From an uncultured delta proteobacterium (GTDB lineage: Bacteria; Myxococcota_A; Polyangia; Polyangiales; Polyangiaceae), in contig CAWKKR010000007.1 in NCBI GenBank assembly GCA_963850305.1, positions 320,001 through 384,000 of the forward strand: a stretch of 64,000 nucleotides of DNA. Direction: 5' to 3'. The notes below the pieces were generated by a model. The model made no database searches. It saw only the letters and a list, made by a program, of their open reading frames with translations, and had not been told where the DNA came from. How positions within the stretch are numbered: position 1 is the first letter of the stretch; every line of letters starts with the position of its first letter. A program made the translations under genes and the position numbers. This document shows, in pieces, positions 30,024-40,728 of this stretch.

Positions 30024-31927
30024 GGACGAACATGACGCGCAACATCCCCGCGTTCGAGACCGGCGGCACGACACTCGCCGCGGCGCTGATCCTCGCCGTG
30101 CATCTGGGGCTCGTGGCGCACTTTGCCCCGCGTCGCGTGATGATGTCGGACGCGCCGGTGCTCACGGGCTCGTTCGCGCTCAAGGTCTATCGCGCGTCAC
30201 GCATCCGGATGGAGATGACGCGAGACGGCCGGTTCGAGGCCTACGACCCGCGGGTGCTCGCGGGTCAGGTCACCGGACCGGGGGAAGCGTTCGGCACGCG
30301 CCTCTTCGCGCTCGGGGTGCCGCTGCTCTCGCGGGCGAAGGTGGCTCCGGGGCGCGCCTTCAATGACATCATCCTCGCGCTGCACGTGCTGTTTCCGCTG
30401 ATCGGTTACGCGGCGGCGCGAACGTTCGGCTTTCGCAGAGCGACTGCCTGCGCCGTCATGGCGTGGTGGTCCGGGCTCTGGTTCTTCGACTCGCTGGTTC
30501 ATGTCTCCTGGTTCACGGGGCGTGTCTGCTGGGTCGCCGCAAGCGGCATGAGTATTTCGATGTTCGGATGCGCGTGGCGGTTCGCGTCGATGGGCAAGGC
30601 GCGCTGGGCGCTTCTTGGCGCACTCGTCGGCGTCGCCACCGCGATCGTCCATCCGGTCGCCGCCGTGTTCGGCTCGGCAATGTGTTTGCTCCTCGCGCTT
30701 TCGAGCTCGACGCTCCTCGGTGGTCGTCGCGGGGCTCTGGTTGCAGTCTCCATCGTTCCCGTCGCCCTGCTCGCGCTGGCCTGCAGGAAAGGTGCGGCCC
30801 TGTCCACCGAACCGCTCTCGGCTCTGTTCAGACCGGGGATGGGAGCGGCATTCTGGGATGCGCTCGAGATCCGCTGGACGGGTTACGGAGCTCCCGGAGC
30901 GTCGCGCACGATGCTGCGGGTTCTCGCGATCGCGGGCGGCATCTTCGGGATCGCGCGCCTCAGGTCAGTGGGGGATCGGCGCATGCGCTTCTTCGCCGTC
31001 CCGCTCGCCGTGGCCCTCGTTGTCGCGTACGCGGGGGCATTTCTGCCAGTCTCGTGGCCCCTCGACCCGTATTTCTTCGCCGTCCCCGCCGCGCTGCTCG
31101 CGGCGTTGCCCGCGTCGGAGTTGGCCCTCGATCTTCATCTCTTCCGACTCATGCGCCGAGGCTCTCCGATCGTGCGCGCCGGGCTCCTGGTCGCCGCCGT
31201 CGTGGTCTTGCCGCGCTTCGGGAGAACGGTGCTGACGTTCGTGCCGGAGCTACTTCCCGCGCGTGTCATCCGATCACCGCTGGACCTCGGCGTCTCCTCG
31301 CTCGTCGGTCTGAACGAGCCGATGCCGGACCCGCTGGCGTACGGTACGTCCATCTTCCGTTTCACTGATCTGGCAAATTACCTTGTCGACCACGATGGGG
31401 CGCGTGGTCGCGTCGTGGTGGACGATCCGGCGCTGGCCGGATTTCTCGCCGTCGCGTCGCCGCTTTCCATCCTCGGTCCAATCGCGGAGCGCGGCGCGGC
31501 CTCGGCGGCCGCTGATCCGAGTCCGCTTCTCGACGGCCAGCCGACCCGAGCCGAGCTGTCGGCCTTCGTTCGCCGATACGGCGTCGGGTTCGTCGTACTG
31601 GCGGGGCCGAAAGGGCCGTTCGACGGCGACGTATCGGGACTCGCGCCCGAGACGAACATTGCGGAGTTTCGGGTCCGTCGAGTGATCTCGGAACCCAGTC
31701 TGTTCGTCGAAGGAGCCGGCCGCGTCACGGGCGCCGGTCTGGATTCCATTCGCGTGGAAGGTGCGACGGGCGGTCGCGTGACCCTCCGCTTTCATTTCGA
31801 CCCGGCGCTCATGTGCCGTCCCGCCTGTCGGGTCGAGCGCGTCCCCGCCGATGGCGACCGCGCCGGGTTCGTATCCGTCCCGGACCCACCGCCGGCGTTC
31901 GAGATTTTCTTTCGGAGAACGCGTTAG
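30020..31927 (+). CDS. Polytopic membrane protein, GT-C/YfhO-like architecture
   Basis: TM1, then a loop containing YDPRVLAG, about 10 further TM helices and a soluble C-terminal domain (GRVVV...RYGVGFVV); ATGA coupling to the acyltransferase. Confidence 0.6.
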   Translation: MRTNMTRNIPAFETGGTTLAAALILAVHLGLVAHFAPRRVMMSDAPVLTGSFALKVYRASRIRMEMTRDGRFEAYDPRVLAGQVTGPGEAFGTRLFALGVPLLSRAKVAPGRAFNDIILALHVLFPLIGYAAARTFGFRRATACAVMAWWSGLWFFDSLVHVSWFTGRVCWVAASGMSISMFGCAWRFASMGKARWALLGALVGVATAIVHPVAAVFGSAMCLLLALSSSTLLGGRRGALVAVSIVPVALLALACRKGAALSTEPLSALFRPGMGAAFWDALEIRWTGYGAPGASRTMLRVLAIAGGIFGIARLRSVGDRRMRFFAVPLAVALVVAYAGAFLPVSWPLDPYFFAVPAALLAALPASELALDLHLFRLMRRGSPIVRAGLLVAAVVVLPRFGRTVLTFVPELLPARVIRSPLDLGVSSLVGLNEPMPDPLAYGTSIFRFTDLANYLVDHDGARGRVVVDDPALAGFLAVASPLSILGPIAERGAASAAADPSPLLDGQPTRAELSAFVRRYGVGFVVLAGPKGPFDGDVSGLAPETNIAEFRVRRVISEPSLFVEGAGRVTGAGLDSIRVEGATGGRVTLRFHFDPALMCRPACRVERVPADGDRAGFVSVPDPPPAFEIFFRRTR

Positions 31928-31994
31928 CCGCGGGACTTCCACGCTCTTGCAGCGGACTTCCGTTCAGCGCATCTTCGCGGGCCCGGAATCCACG

Positions 31995-33701
31995 ATGACC
32001 TCTGTCCCTGCCAACGAACCGACCGACGCGAACCCTCCGAACTTCATCCATGAGCTCGTGGAGGCGGATCGCGCAAGCCACAAGCGCGGCGGTCGAGTCG
32101 CGACTCGCTTTCCACCCGAGCCGAACGGCTATCTTCACATCGGACACGCGAAGAGCATCTGCCTCAACTTCGGTCTCGCGAGGAAATACGGCGGGACGTG
32201 TAACCTTCGCTTCGACGACACGAACCCGCTCACCGAGGAGATCGAGTTCGTGGAGTCCATCCAGGCGGACGTACGCTGGCTCGGGTTCGACTGGGACAAC
32301 CTGTATTTCGCCTCGGATTACTTCGAGCAGCTTTACCGATGGGCGGAGCAGCTCATCGAACAGGGCAAGGCTTACGTCGATTCGCGATCTCTCGACGAGA
32401 TCCGGGAGACCCGTGGCAGCTTCTACAAGGTCGGGACGCCGAGTCCGCATCGTGAGCGCCCGATGGCCGAAAATCTCGAGCTGTTCCGTCGCATGCGAGA
32501 CGGGGACTTCCCCGACGGTTCGCACGTTCTCCGGGCGAAGATCGACATGGCTTCGCCGAACATGAACCTCCGGGACCCGCCCATGTACCGGATCCGGAAG
32601 GCGAAGCATCATCGGACCGGGGACAGCTGGTGCATCTATCCCATCTACGACTATGCCCACGGCCAGTGCGACGCGATCGAACACATCACGCACTCGATCT
32701 GCACGCTGGAGTTCGAGAATCACCGTCCGCTCTACGACTGGTTCCTGCGGGAGATCGGCGTGGAAGATCCGCCCGAGCAGACGGAGTTTGCACGACTGAA
32801 CATCGGATTTACCGTGCTCTCGAAGCGCAAGCTCCAGATTCTCGTCGAGGAGCGTCACGTCACCGGCTGGGACGATCCCCGCATGCCGACGCTCGCCGGG
32901 CTGCGCCGTCGCGGCTACACAGCGGAAGCCATTCGCTCGTTCTGCGACCGCATCGGCGTCGCCCGGAAAGACGGCGTCGTGGACGTGGCGCTGCTCGAGT
33001 TCGAGCTCCGCGAGGATCTCAACGGGCGTTCGCCACGAGCCATGGCCGTGCTCAAGCCGCTCCGGCTCGTCATCGAGAATTTCCCCGACGGGGAAGTCGA
33101 ATGGTTCGAGGCATCGAATCATCCGGAGTTCCCCGACCGAGGTTCGAGAAGGATCCCGTTCTCCAGGGTCGTCTACGTCGAGGAGGACGACTTTCGAGAA
33201 ACGCCGCCGAAGGGATGGTTTCGTCTCGCACCGGGTGCCGAGGTGAGGTTGCGCTCCGCGTGCCTCGTGCGGTGCCGCGAAGTGGTGAAGGATGAAGCGG
33301 GCCGTGTCGTCGAGCTCCGCTGCACATGGGACCCCGACTCGCGCGGGGGCATGCCGAAGGATGGACGCAAGGTGAAGGGGACGATCCACTGGGTCTCCGC
33401 GGCCCACGCCGTCGACGCCGAGGTCCGGCTTTACGATCGACTGTTCTCGGTGGAAAATCCGTCGGAGGGCGAAGACGGGGGCGAGCCGTTCACGCGTCAC
33501 CTGAACCCGAATTCGCTCGAACTCGCTCGCGGCGCGAAGCTCGAGCCAAGCCTCGCGGGCGCGACGGCCGGCGCCGCGTTCCAGTTCGAGCGACTGGGAT
33601 ACTTCTGCGCCGACCCCGACAGCAGACCCGGCGCGCTCGTCTGGAACCGGACCATCGGGCTCCGGGACAGCTGGGCGAAGATCGAGCGCAAGGGCGGCTG
33701 A
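31995..33701 (+). CDS. glnS: Glutamine--tRNA ligase
   Basis: [32 protein letters not shown] and FQFERLGYF. Confidence 0.97.
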   Translation: MTSVPANEPTDANPPNFIHELVEADRASHKRGGRVATRFPPEPNGYLHIGHAKSICLNFGLARKYGGTCNLRFDDTNPLTEEIEFVESIQADVRWLGFDWDNLYFASDYFEQLYRWAEQLIEQGKAYVDSRSLDEIRETRGSFYKVGTPSPHRERPMAENLELFRRMRDGDFPDGSHVLRAKIDMASPNMNLRDPPMYRIRKAKHHRTGDSWCIYPIYDYAHGQCDAIEHITHSICTLEFENHRPLYDWFLREIGVEDPPEQTEFARLNIGFTVLSKRKLQILVEERHVTGWDDPRMPTLAGLRRRGYTAEAIRSFCDRIGVARKDGVVDVALLEFELREDLNGRSPRAMAVLKPLRLVIENFPDGEVEWFEASNHPEFPDRGSRRIPFSRVVYVEEDDFRETPPKGWFRLAPGAEVRLRSACLVRCREVVKDEAGRVVELRCTWDPDSRGGMPKDGRKVKGTIHWVSAAHAVDAEVRLYDRLFSVENPSEGEDGGEPFTRHLNPNSLELARGAKLEPSLAGATAGAAFQFERLGYFCADPDSRPGALVWNRTIGLRDSWAKIERKGG

Positions 33702-33713
33702 CCGGCGACGTCG

Positions 33714-36080
33714 CTACGACGGACGAAGGCGCAGCACGCCGATCGGCACGAGGAGCAGGACGTAACAGCCAGCCGCGGCGACGACGAGTGCGCCGAGGCC
33801 CCACGAGAGCGCCACGAGCACCGACACGCTGCTCGCGACGACGCTACCAACGCCGTTCAGTCCCCAGAGCCACGGCGTTTCGGCACCGTGGGAGGTCGCG
33901 AAGAGCCGCATGCCAACCGGAAACGCGAGTCCGAGCGGTGCGCCGATGACGGCCGTGATCGACGCCGCCGACGCGATGCGCACCAGGGTCGTCTCCGCGA
34001 TCACGTGCCGGGCGATCGACGGCCACGCGATCGCGAAGACCGACAGCACGACCGCGATGAGCAACGGATACACGAAGCAATACGGCGCTCGTGCAAACGG
34101 CAAGCGGTCGCTCACCAGCGACCCGAGTCCCGCGGAGCCGACCAGCGTCGAGAGGACGACGATCAAGCTGAAGATGGGCTGCCCGAGCACGAGCGAGAGC
34201 CGCTCCAGCAACGCTATTTCCACGAACATGAACCCGACGCCGATGAGCAGGAAATAGGCGAACCCAGCCACGAGGCTCGAGGGGACGCGTCCCATCGGCC
34301 GCGCTCGATACGCGAGCGGAACCCCTATGGACGCGAGCGCGAGCACCAGCGAGGCGAATACGGTGAGCCCGAGGGTGCGGGTCGCGAGGAGATTCCCCTC
34401 GATCGTCCCCTCGACGATCTGCGGGAGGGGTTTCCAGAGCGCGGACAGTCTCACCACATTGAAGAAGAACGGGCGATCGTCGGTCGGCGCGCGCAGATCC
34501 AGGGTCGGGGAATATCCGGTCCGGTCGAGTTCGCCCCGGTTCCGCGCGGCAAGCAGTGCTTCGAGCCTCGGATTCATGGACGGTTCGCCAGGTATCGCGA
34601 CGATGACGAAGCCCCTCTTTGCCGCGATCTGGCGGAGCGTCGCGACATCGCCCGGCGTCAAGGGAGCTTCGCCGACGAGGATCGTCGAGACGAGCCCCGC
34701 GCCCAGGAGCGCGATGTGATCGCGCGGACGCTCGACGCCGTCCGCGAAGAGAGCCGCCTCGGCGAGCGCGACGAGGCGCTCCGTCTCGACCGTCGACCAG
34801 CGGGACACGGTGAAGATCCCCGACGGCGCGAGCCGGCCGAGGAACGTGCGGAACGCTTCCACGGTGTAGAGCGAGTTCTCGCCGAGGGCGTGCGCGCCCG
34901 CGCCCGTCGCCGCCCATGTGTCGATGAGCGACGCCTGGATCACACTGAAGCGCTCGTGCGTCCGCGAGAGGTAGCTTCTCCCGTCGTCGTGGACGAGGCG
35001 CACGTCGGGGCGATGGGCGACGAGGGTCGGCGCGCCCATCGGGCCGTTCAGGATCTCGAGGAGCCTGTCGTTGAGCTCGATGCCCGTGACGGGCGAGTGC
35101 CCCGCGAGCAGCGCCGCCTGGACGTCCCGCGACCCCCCGACGCCGATGACGGCGGACGGGCCGCCCTGACGGAGCAGATTCGCGACGTCGGTGACGTCGC
35201 ATTCGATGAAGCGGAGCGACTCGAGATCACCGTTCGCGTCGTAGAGGGGCGTTGCCGCGTGTCCATCGATGACGAGCACCCTCTGGGTCACCTGCGGCGC
35301 GACGCACTTCGAACCCAACCCCCAGAACATCGCCGGCGCCGGAGCCGCGCGGAATACCTCGATCCGCGAGTGGCTGTTCCAGAGCTCTTCCTGGATGTAC
35401 GCATATTGCTCGGGCCGCTCCTTGACCCACAGCGGCCGAAGGCCGCGATCGGTCGAGCGGTTCGCGAGCGTGAGAAGTGCGAGACCGGCGCAGGTGACGA
35501 GGGCACGTCGAGCGGCGCGGCCACTTGCCGTCGCGTGGGCGAACGAGAACGAAGCCGCAGCCGCGAGGATGCCGACGACGAAGATCGCACTGCCGCCGTC
35601 GAGGTAATGCAGGAGCAAGGGGACGAGGGGCGCGCCGAGCGCCGCGCCGAGCAGATCGACGGCATAGACGCGACCGATGGGGAACCGGCTGCGAGTGACC
35701 GCGCCCGCGATCGCGATGCCCGCGGGATAGAAGGGCAGGGCGATGGCGGCCGAGAACACCAGAAACAGGACGACCGTCGTCGCGATCGGCTCCGAGCGGA
35801 TCGGGACGATGAGCAGGATCACGTAGCTTGCGGGCACAGCCAGGGCGAAGTGAAAGGCCGCGCGGGAGAGCGTCGCCGCGAGTTTCTCCTCGTCGGCGGA
35901 GGTCTGGTCGAAATAGACGCGCAGCGCGCCTGCGGTGAGTCCGCACAGCCCCATCGCGATGACGAAGAACGCCAGCGAGTACCACGTCAGGACGGACAGG
36001 AGCCGCGTATCGAGAACTTCCAGCGCAAGCGTCGCGCTCGTGACGAGGGCGAGCCCGGCCAGAAACGGACCTTGCCTCAC
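33714..36080 (-). CDS. Membrane protein with a spermidine-synthase-like SAM-dependent domain
   Basis: N- and C-terminal TM bundles (YAVDLLGAALG; WGLNGVGSV); central VIGVGGSRDV, IELN, DDGRSYL, ENSLYTVEAF and TDDRPFFF. Confidence 0.85.
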   Translation of the reverse strand: MRQGPFLAGLALVTSATLALEVLDTRLLSVLTWYSLAFFVIAMGLCGLTAGALRVYFDQTSADEEKLAATLSRAAFHFALAVPASYVILLIVPIRSEPIATTVVLFLVFSAAIALPFYPAGIAIAGAVTRSRFPIGRVYAVDLLGAALGAPLVPLLLHYLDGGSAIFVVGILAAAASFSFAHATASGRAARRALVTCAGLALLTLANRSTDRGLRPLWVKERPEQYAYIQEELWNSHSRIEVFRAAPAPAMFWGLGSKCVAPQVTQRVLVIDGHAATPLYDANGDLESLRFIECDVTDVANLLRQGGPSAVIGVGGSRDVQAALLAGHSPVTGIELNDRLLEILNGPMGAPTLVAHRPDVRLVHDDGRSYLSRTHERFSVIQASLIDTWAATGAGAHALGENSLYTVEAFRTFLGRLAPSGIFTVSRWSTVETERLVALAEAALFADGVERPRDHIALLGAGLVSTILVGEAPLTPGDVATLRQIAAKRGFVIVAIPGEPSMNPRLEALLAARNRGELDRTGYSPTLDLRAPTDDRPFFFNVVRLSALWKPLPQIVEGTIEGNLLATRTLGLTVFASLVLALASIGVPLAYRARPMGRVPSSLVAGFAYFLLIGVGFMFVEIALLERLSLVLGQPIFSLIVVLSTLVGSAGLGSLVSDRLPFARAPYCFVYPLLIAVVLSVFAIAWPSIARHVIAETTLVRIASAASITAVIGAPLGLAFPVGMRLFATSHGAETPWLWGLNGVGSVVASSVSVLVALSWGLGALVVAAAGCYVLLLVPIGVLRLRPS

Positions 36081-36421
36081 TTCGGCGGTCCGTCCTTCGG
36101 CTTCATGGGCGGCGGCGGGTGGGAATAGGCGAGGGACGAGTGGCGCTCTTCGTAAGACGCTGCGGAGGCTTCCTTGTAGAGCTCGTGCGCGCCGGGCAAC
36201 TTGGGATTCTGTCGCATGAGGGTGAGCAGGCGGTTCATCGCGACCTGCGGCGCCAGCCCTCCTTCGCGGATCCCGATCTTGACGTCGAGCAGCTCGGTGA
36301 GCGCCGGGTTCGTGTTCGCCTGCGCCAGCTTTCCGAGGGCGTCGCGAGCGGCCCCGACGTCACCCTTCTCGATGCTTTCGTCGATTGCGCCGAAGGGTTC
36401 CGGAAGATTCAAGGTGGCCAT
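36077..36421 (-). CDS. Hypothetical helical protein
   Basis: 114 aa with natural composition; GTGA coupling to the downstream gene; -10-like TACCCT 7 nt upstream. Confidence 0.7.
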   Translation of the reverse strand: MATLNLPEPFGAIDESIEKGDVGAARDALGKLAQANTNPALTELLDVKIGIREGGLAPQVAMNRLLTLMRQNPKLPGAHELYKEASAASYEERHSSLAYSHPPPPMKPKDGPPK

Positions 36422-36533
36422 TCAGCCGAGGGTACCAGGACTCTTCCCAGGTGTCCGAATCGCTCGTAGGCTCGGCCGCCCTCGCCAGCGCGTCCACCCC
36501 GGCATCCCGCATCGGAAGCGAACTCCAGAGAAA

Positions 36534-36926
36534 ATGTCAGGTTCCGCCGTCTCCAAGCTCACTTGCCTGCTCGTCGAGGATTCCCCGATGATGCGGCAGC
36601 TTCTGGCCTTCGCGCTCGCCCGGGTGAAGGGGCTCCGCGTCGTGGAGGTCGACGATGGGGTGGAGGCTCTCCGAAAGCTCGCGGCGGGGCCCTTCGACAT
36701 CATCGTGACCGATATCAACATGCCGATCCTCGATGGTCTCAAGCTCGTCCAGCGGGTGCGGAACGACGCGGTCCACAGGGACACGCCGATCGTCGTGGTG
36801 ACCACCGAGAGTGCCGCGGAGGATCGCGATCGCGCGCTCGAGCTCGGCGCAAACGCTTACATCACCAAGCCGATTCAGGCTCCCGACGTGATCGCGACGG
36901 TGAAACGCCTGCTCGACATGGCATGA
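36534..36926 (+). CDS. Single-domain CheY-like response regulator
   Basis: LLVEDS, TDINMPILDG (phospho-acceptor Asp), VVTT and YITKP. Confidence 0.93.
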   Translation: MSGSAVSKLTCLLVEDSPMMRQLLAFALARVKGLRVVEVDDGVEALRKLAAGPFDIIVTDINMPILDGLKLVQRVRNDAVHRDTPIVVVTTESAAEDRDRALELGANAYITKPIQAPDVIATVKRLLDMA

Positions 36927-36930
36927 CGGC

Positions 36931-37554
36931 GTGATGACGCCCCTGTACGTGAAGATTTGCGGCATCACGAGGGTCGAGGATGCGACGCTCTGTGTCGAGG
37001 CCGGGGCGTCCGCGATTGGACTCAATTTCGTGCCGTCGTCGAAGCGGCGCGTCGATGAAGCGACGGCCGCGCGCATTGCAGACTCGGTGCGCGGTCGCAT
37101 CGAGATCGTGGCGGTAGTGGCGGATTTTCCTGAAGCGGATCTCCGGCGGCTCCGCGCCGCCGTTGGCGTCGAATGGCTCCAATTGCACGGCACCGAGTCG
37201 CCGGATGACCTGGCGGCAGTGCTGCCCTCGGCGTTCAAGGCCGTGGGGCTCCGCGACGCGACCGACGTCCGGAGAGCCGGCGATTTCGGCGGGGAGCGGC
37301 TGCTCGCGGACGCCAAGGTCGACGGCATCCTGGGAGGCAGCGGAGTTCCGTTCGACTGGTCTCTCGCGAGCGCGCTGGTGGGAACCCGCGCCGTGATCGT
37401 GGCGGGCGGGCTCACTCCCGCGAACGTCGGGGATGCGGTTGGTCGGTTGCGTCCGTTCGGGGTGGACGTCGCGAGCGGCGTGGAATCTGCGCCCGGAATC
37501 AAGGACGCGGCGAAGGTTCGCGCGTTCGTGAACGCCGCGCGCGGGGCGTCGTGA
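36931..37554 (+). CDS. trpF: Phosphoribosylanthranilate isomerase
   Basis: VKICGITR, QLHGTE, GGSGVPFDW, AGGLTPANV and GVDVASGVE. Confidence 0.95.
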   Translation: MMTPLYVKICGITRVEDATLCVEAGASAIGLNFVPSSKRRVDEATAARIADSVRGRIEIVAVVADFPEADLRRLRAAVGVEWLQLHGTESPDDLAAVLPSAFKAVGLRDATDVRRAGDFGGERLLADAKVDGILGGSGVPFDWSLASALVGTRAVIVAGGLTPANVGDAVGRLRPFGVDVASGVESAPGIKDAAKVRAFVNAARGAS

Positions 37555-37639
37555 CGTCGCGACCTCGAGAATAAGGCCTAAGGCCGACCTCACGGATCGT
37601 CCGTCGTAGCGCTTTCCCGCCGACTCGACGTGGTGCAAA

Positions 37640-37744
37640 CGTCGCCGTGAATCGAGCATGGCTCAGCGTGAGTCGAAGCGTGCTCAGCGTGAGTCGATGC
37701 CTGCTCGGCTTGAGTCGGGCATTGCTCAGCCTGAGTCGGGCGTT
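37640..37744. repeat. Tandem array of five degenerate 21-bp units
   Basis: Units start at 37640 (divergent), 37661 GCTCAGCGTGAGTCGAAGCGT, 37682 GCTCAGCGTGAGTCGATGCCT, 37703 GCTCGGCTTGAGTCGGGCATT and 37724 GCTCAGCCTGAGTCGGGCGTT. Confidence 0.85.
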
Positions 37745-37872
37745 GCCCGGGCGCGGGAGCAAGCGCCGGTCGAAATTGGGACGCGCCGGAGGCCGAAAAC
37801 GTCCCCAACGAGGGGCTGCACCCGTTGCGAACGCCGATGACTCGAGCGCGACGCGAGGTATAGTTCGCGCGC

Positions 37873-39109
<1,237 letters not shown>

Positions 39110-39113
<4 letters not shown>

Positions 39114-39922
39114 CGGTAGAGAATGTCCGGCGCGTGTTCGACGCGCTCGCGGAGAAGAAAAAGACCGCGCTCATCGCCTATCTGTGCGTCGGCGATCCGA
39201 GCGTCGCGGACTCCTCGGCGTGCGCGCTCGCGGCGGTGGAGGCCGGCGCGGACATCCTCGAGATTGGCGTGCCCTTCAGCGAGCCGACCGCGGACGGTCC
39301 GGTCATCGCCGCTGCGGCCTATCGCGCGATCCATAGCGGCGGCTCCCTGCGATCCGCGCTGGAGGTGGTGCGCGCCGTACGAGCGAAGAGCGACGCGCCG
39401 ATGGTGCTCTTCACTTACTACAATCCGATCATCGCCTTCGGCGAGGAACGGCTGCCAGCGGCTGCGCGGGAAGCGGGAGTGGACGCGCTCCTCGTCGTGG
39501 ATTTGCCGCCCGAAGAGGGCCACGCGTTGCGGAAGTCGGCGAAGGCCGCCGGGCTCGCCTTCATTCCGTTGCTCGCGCCGACCAGCGGACCCGAGCGCGA
39601 GCAAGCCGCGTTCGCGACGGCGAGTGGGTTCGTCTATTATGTGTCCCTGACGGGCGTGACGGGCGCTGCGGGCGTTTCGATGGAAGACGCATCGACCCGG
39701 GCCAACGCGCTGCGCGACCGCGCCCGCCTCCCCGTCGTGGTCGGCTTCGGCATCGATTCGGGCGAAAAGGCCCGTATCGCTCACCGGCACGGGGTGTCGG
39801 GCATCGTCGTCGGCACGGCCGTCGTGAAGGCGATCGCTTCGGGAAAGGACACGCGAAGCCGCGCCGGCGCGGTGTCGGCGCTCGTCCGTGAACTGCGGGC
39901 CGGACTGGACGGCGGCTCCTGA
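39110..39922 (+). CDS. trpA: Tryptophan synthase alpha chain
   Basis: [38 protein letters not shown] and VGFGI; GTGA overlap with trpB. Confidence 0.95.
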
Positions 39923-40021
39923 AGTTCACGCGAGAGAAAACTCCGGGAAACTCGCGCGCTCATAGCCTCTCCCCAGGACCCCGGTGCGCGAGCCCGCGCG
40001 CGCGGCCCTGGAGAGCGAGTC

Positions 40022-40690
40022 ATGGCGAGGGTCGTCGTTAGCGCAGAGCCGGAGCCGATCGCGATCGACGTGGCGCGGACGGCGGTGCTCATCATCGATA
40101 TGCAGCGTGATTTTCTCGAACCGGGTGGGTTCGGGGAATCGCTCGGGAACGACGTCTCGCTGCTCTCCGCCGCGGTGGCGCCGTGTCGCGCGCTCCTCGA
40201 AGGTGCGCGCCGGAAAGGTATGATGGTAGTGCACACTCGTGAAGGCCATCGAACGGACCTGGCCGACGCGCCGAAGGCGAAGGTCGAACGCGGTGCGCCC
40301 AGCGTGCGTATCGGCGCGCCTGGTCCGATGGGGCGCATCCTGATCCGGGGCGAGCCGGGGCACGACATCGTTCCGGGGCTCTATCCTATCGCCGGCGAGC
40401 CCGTCGTGGACAAGCCCGGCAAGGGCGCATTCTACGCGACGGATCTTCAGTCGATCCTCGTCAATCGCGGGATCGAGAATCTGATCGTCTGCGGCGTGAC
40501 GACGGAGGTCTGCGTGCACACTACCGTGCGCGAGGCGAATGACCGCGGCTATCGCTGCATCGTCCCCGGAGACTGCTGCGGCTCCTACTTCCCGGAGTTC
40601 CATGAAGTGGGCCTGCGCATGATCAAGGCGCAAGGCGGGATCTTCGGCTGGGTGTCGGATTCGAAGAGCGTCCTTCTTGCCCTGGATTGA
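40022..40690 (+). CDS. trtA: Isochorismatase-like cysteine hydrolase, triuret hydrolase-like
   Basis: D-K-C triad (IDMQRDF, DKPGKG, TTEVC). GGFGESLGND, SYFPEFH and AQGGIFGW match my recollection of TrtA rather than BiuH (GGYVDxMGYD, TTDVC). Confidence 0.75.
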   Translation: MARVVVSAEPEPIAIDVARTAVLIIDMQRDFLEPGGFGESLGNDVSLLSAAVAPCRALLEGARRKGMMVVHTREGHRTDLADAPKAKVERGAPSVRIGAPGPMGRILIRGEPGHDIVPGLYPIAGEPVVDKPGKGAFYATDLQSILVNRGIENLIVCGVTTEVCVHTTVREANDRGYRCIVPGDCCGSYFPEFHEVGLRMIKAQGGIFGWVSDSKSVLLALD

Positions 40691-40728
40691 AACATGTCGA
40701 ACCGGTCATCGCCGAGAGAGCAGGCCCC

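Noticed and set aside
37640..37744. 21-bp repeats as a CRISPR array
   Set aside because: The units are contiguous with no unique spacers, and there are no cas genes.
37555..37872. trp attenuator or leader peptide
   Set aside because: I found no short ORF with tandem Trp codons and no U-tailed terminator; the -10 box sits 8 nt from the trpB ATG.
40022..40690. Calling this gene biuret hydrolase biuH
   Set aside because: The diagnostic segments (GGFGESLGND, TTEVC, SYFPEFH) fit the TrtA subgroup as I recall it; HMM confirmation is still needed.
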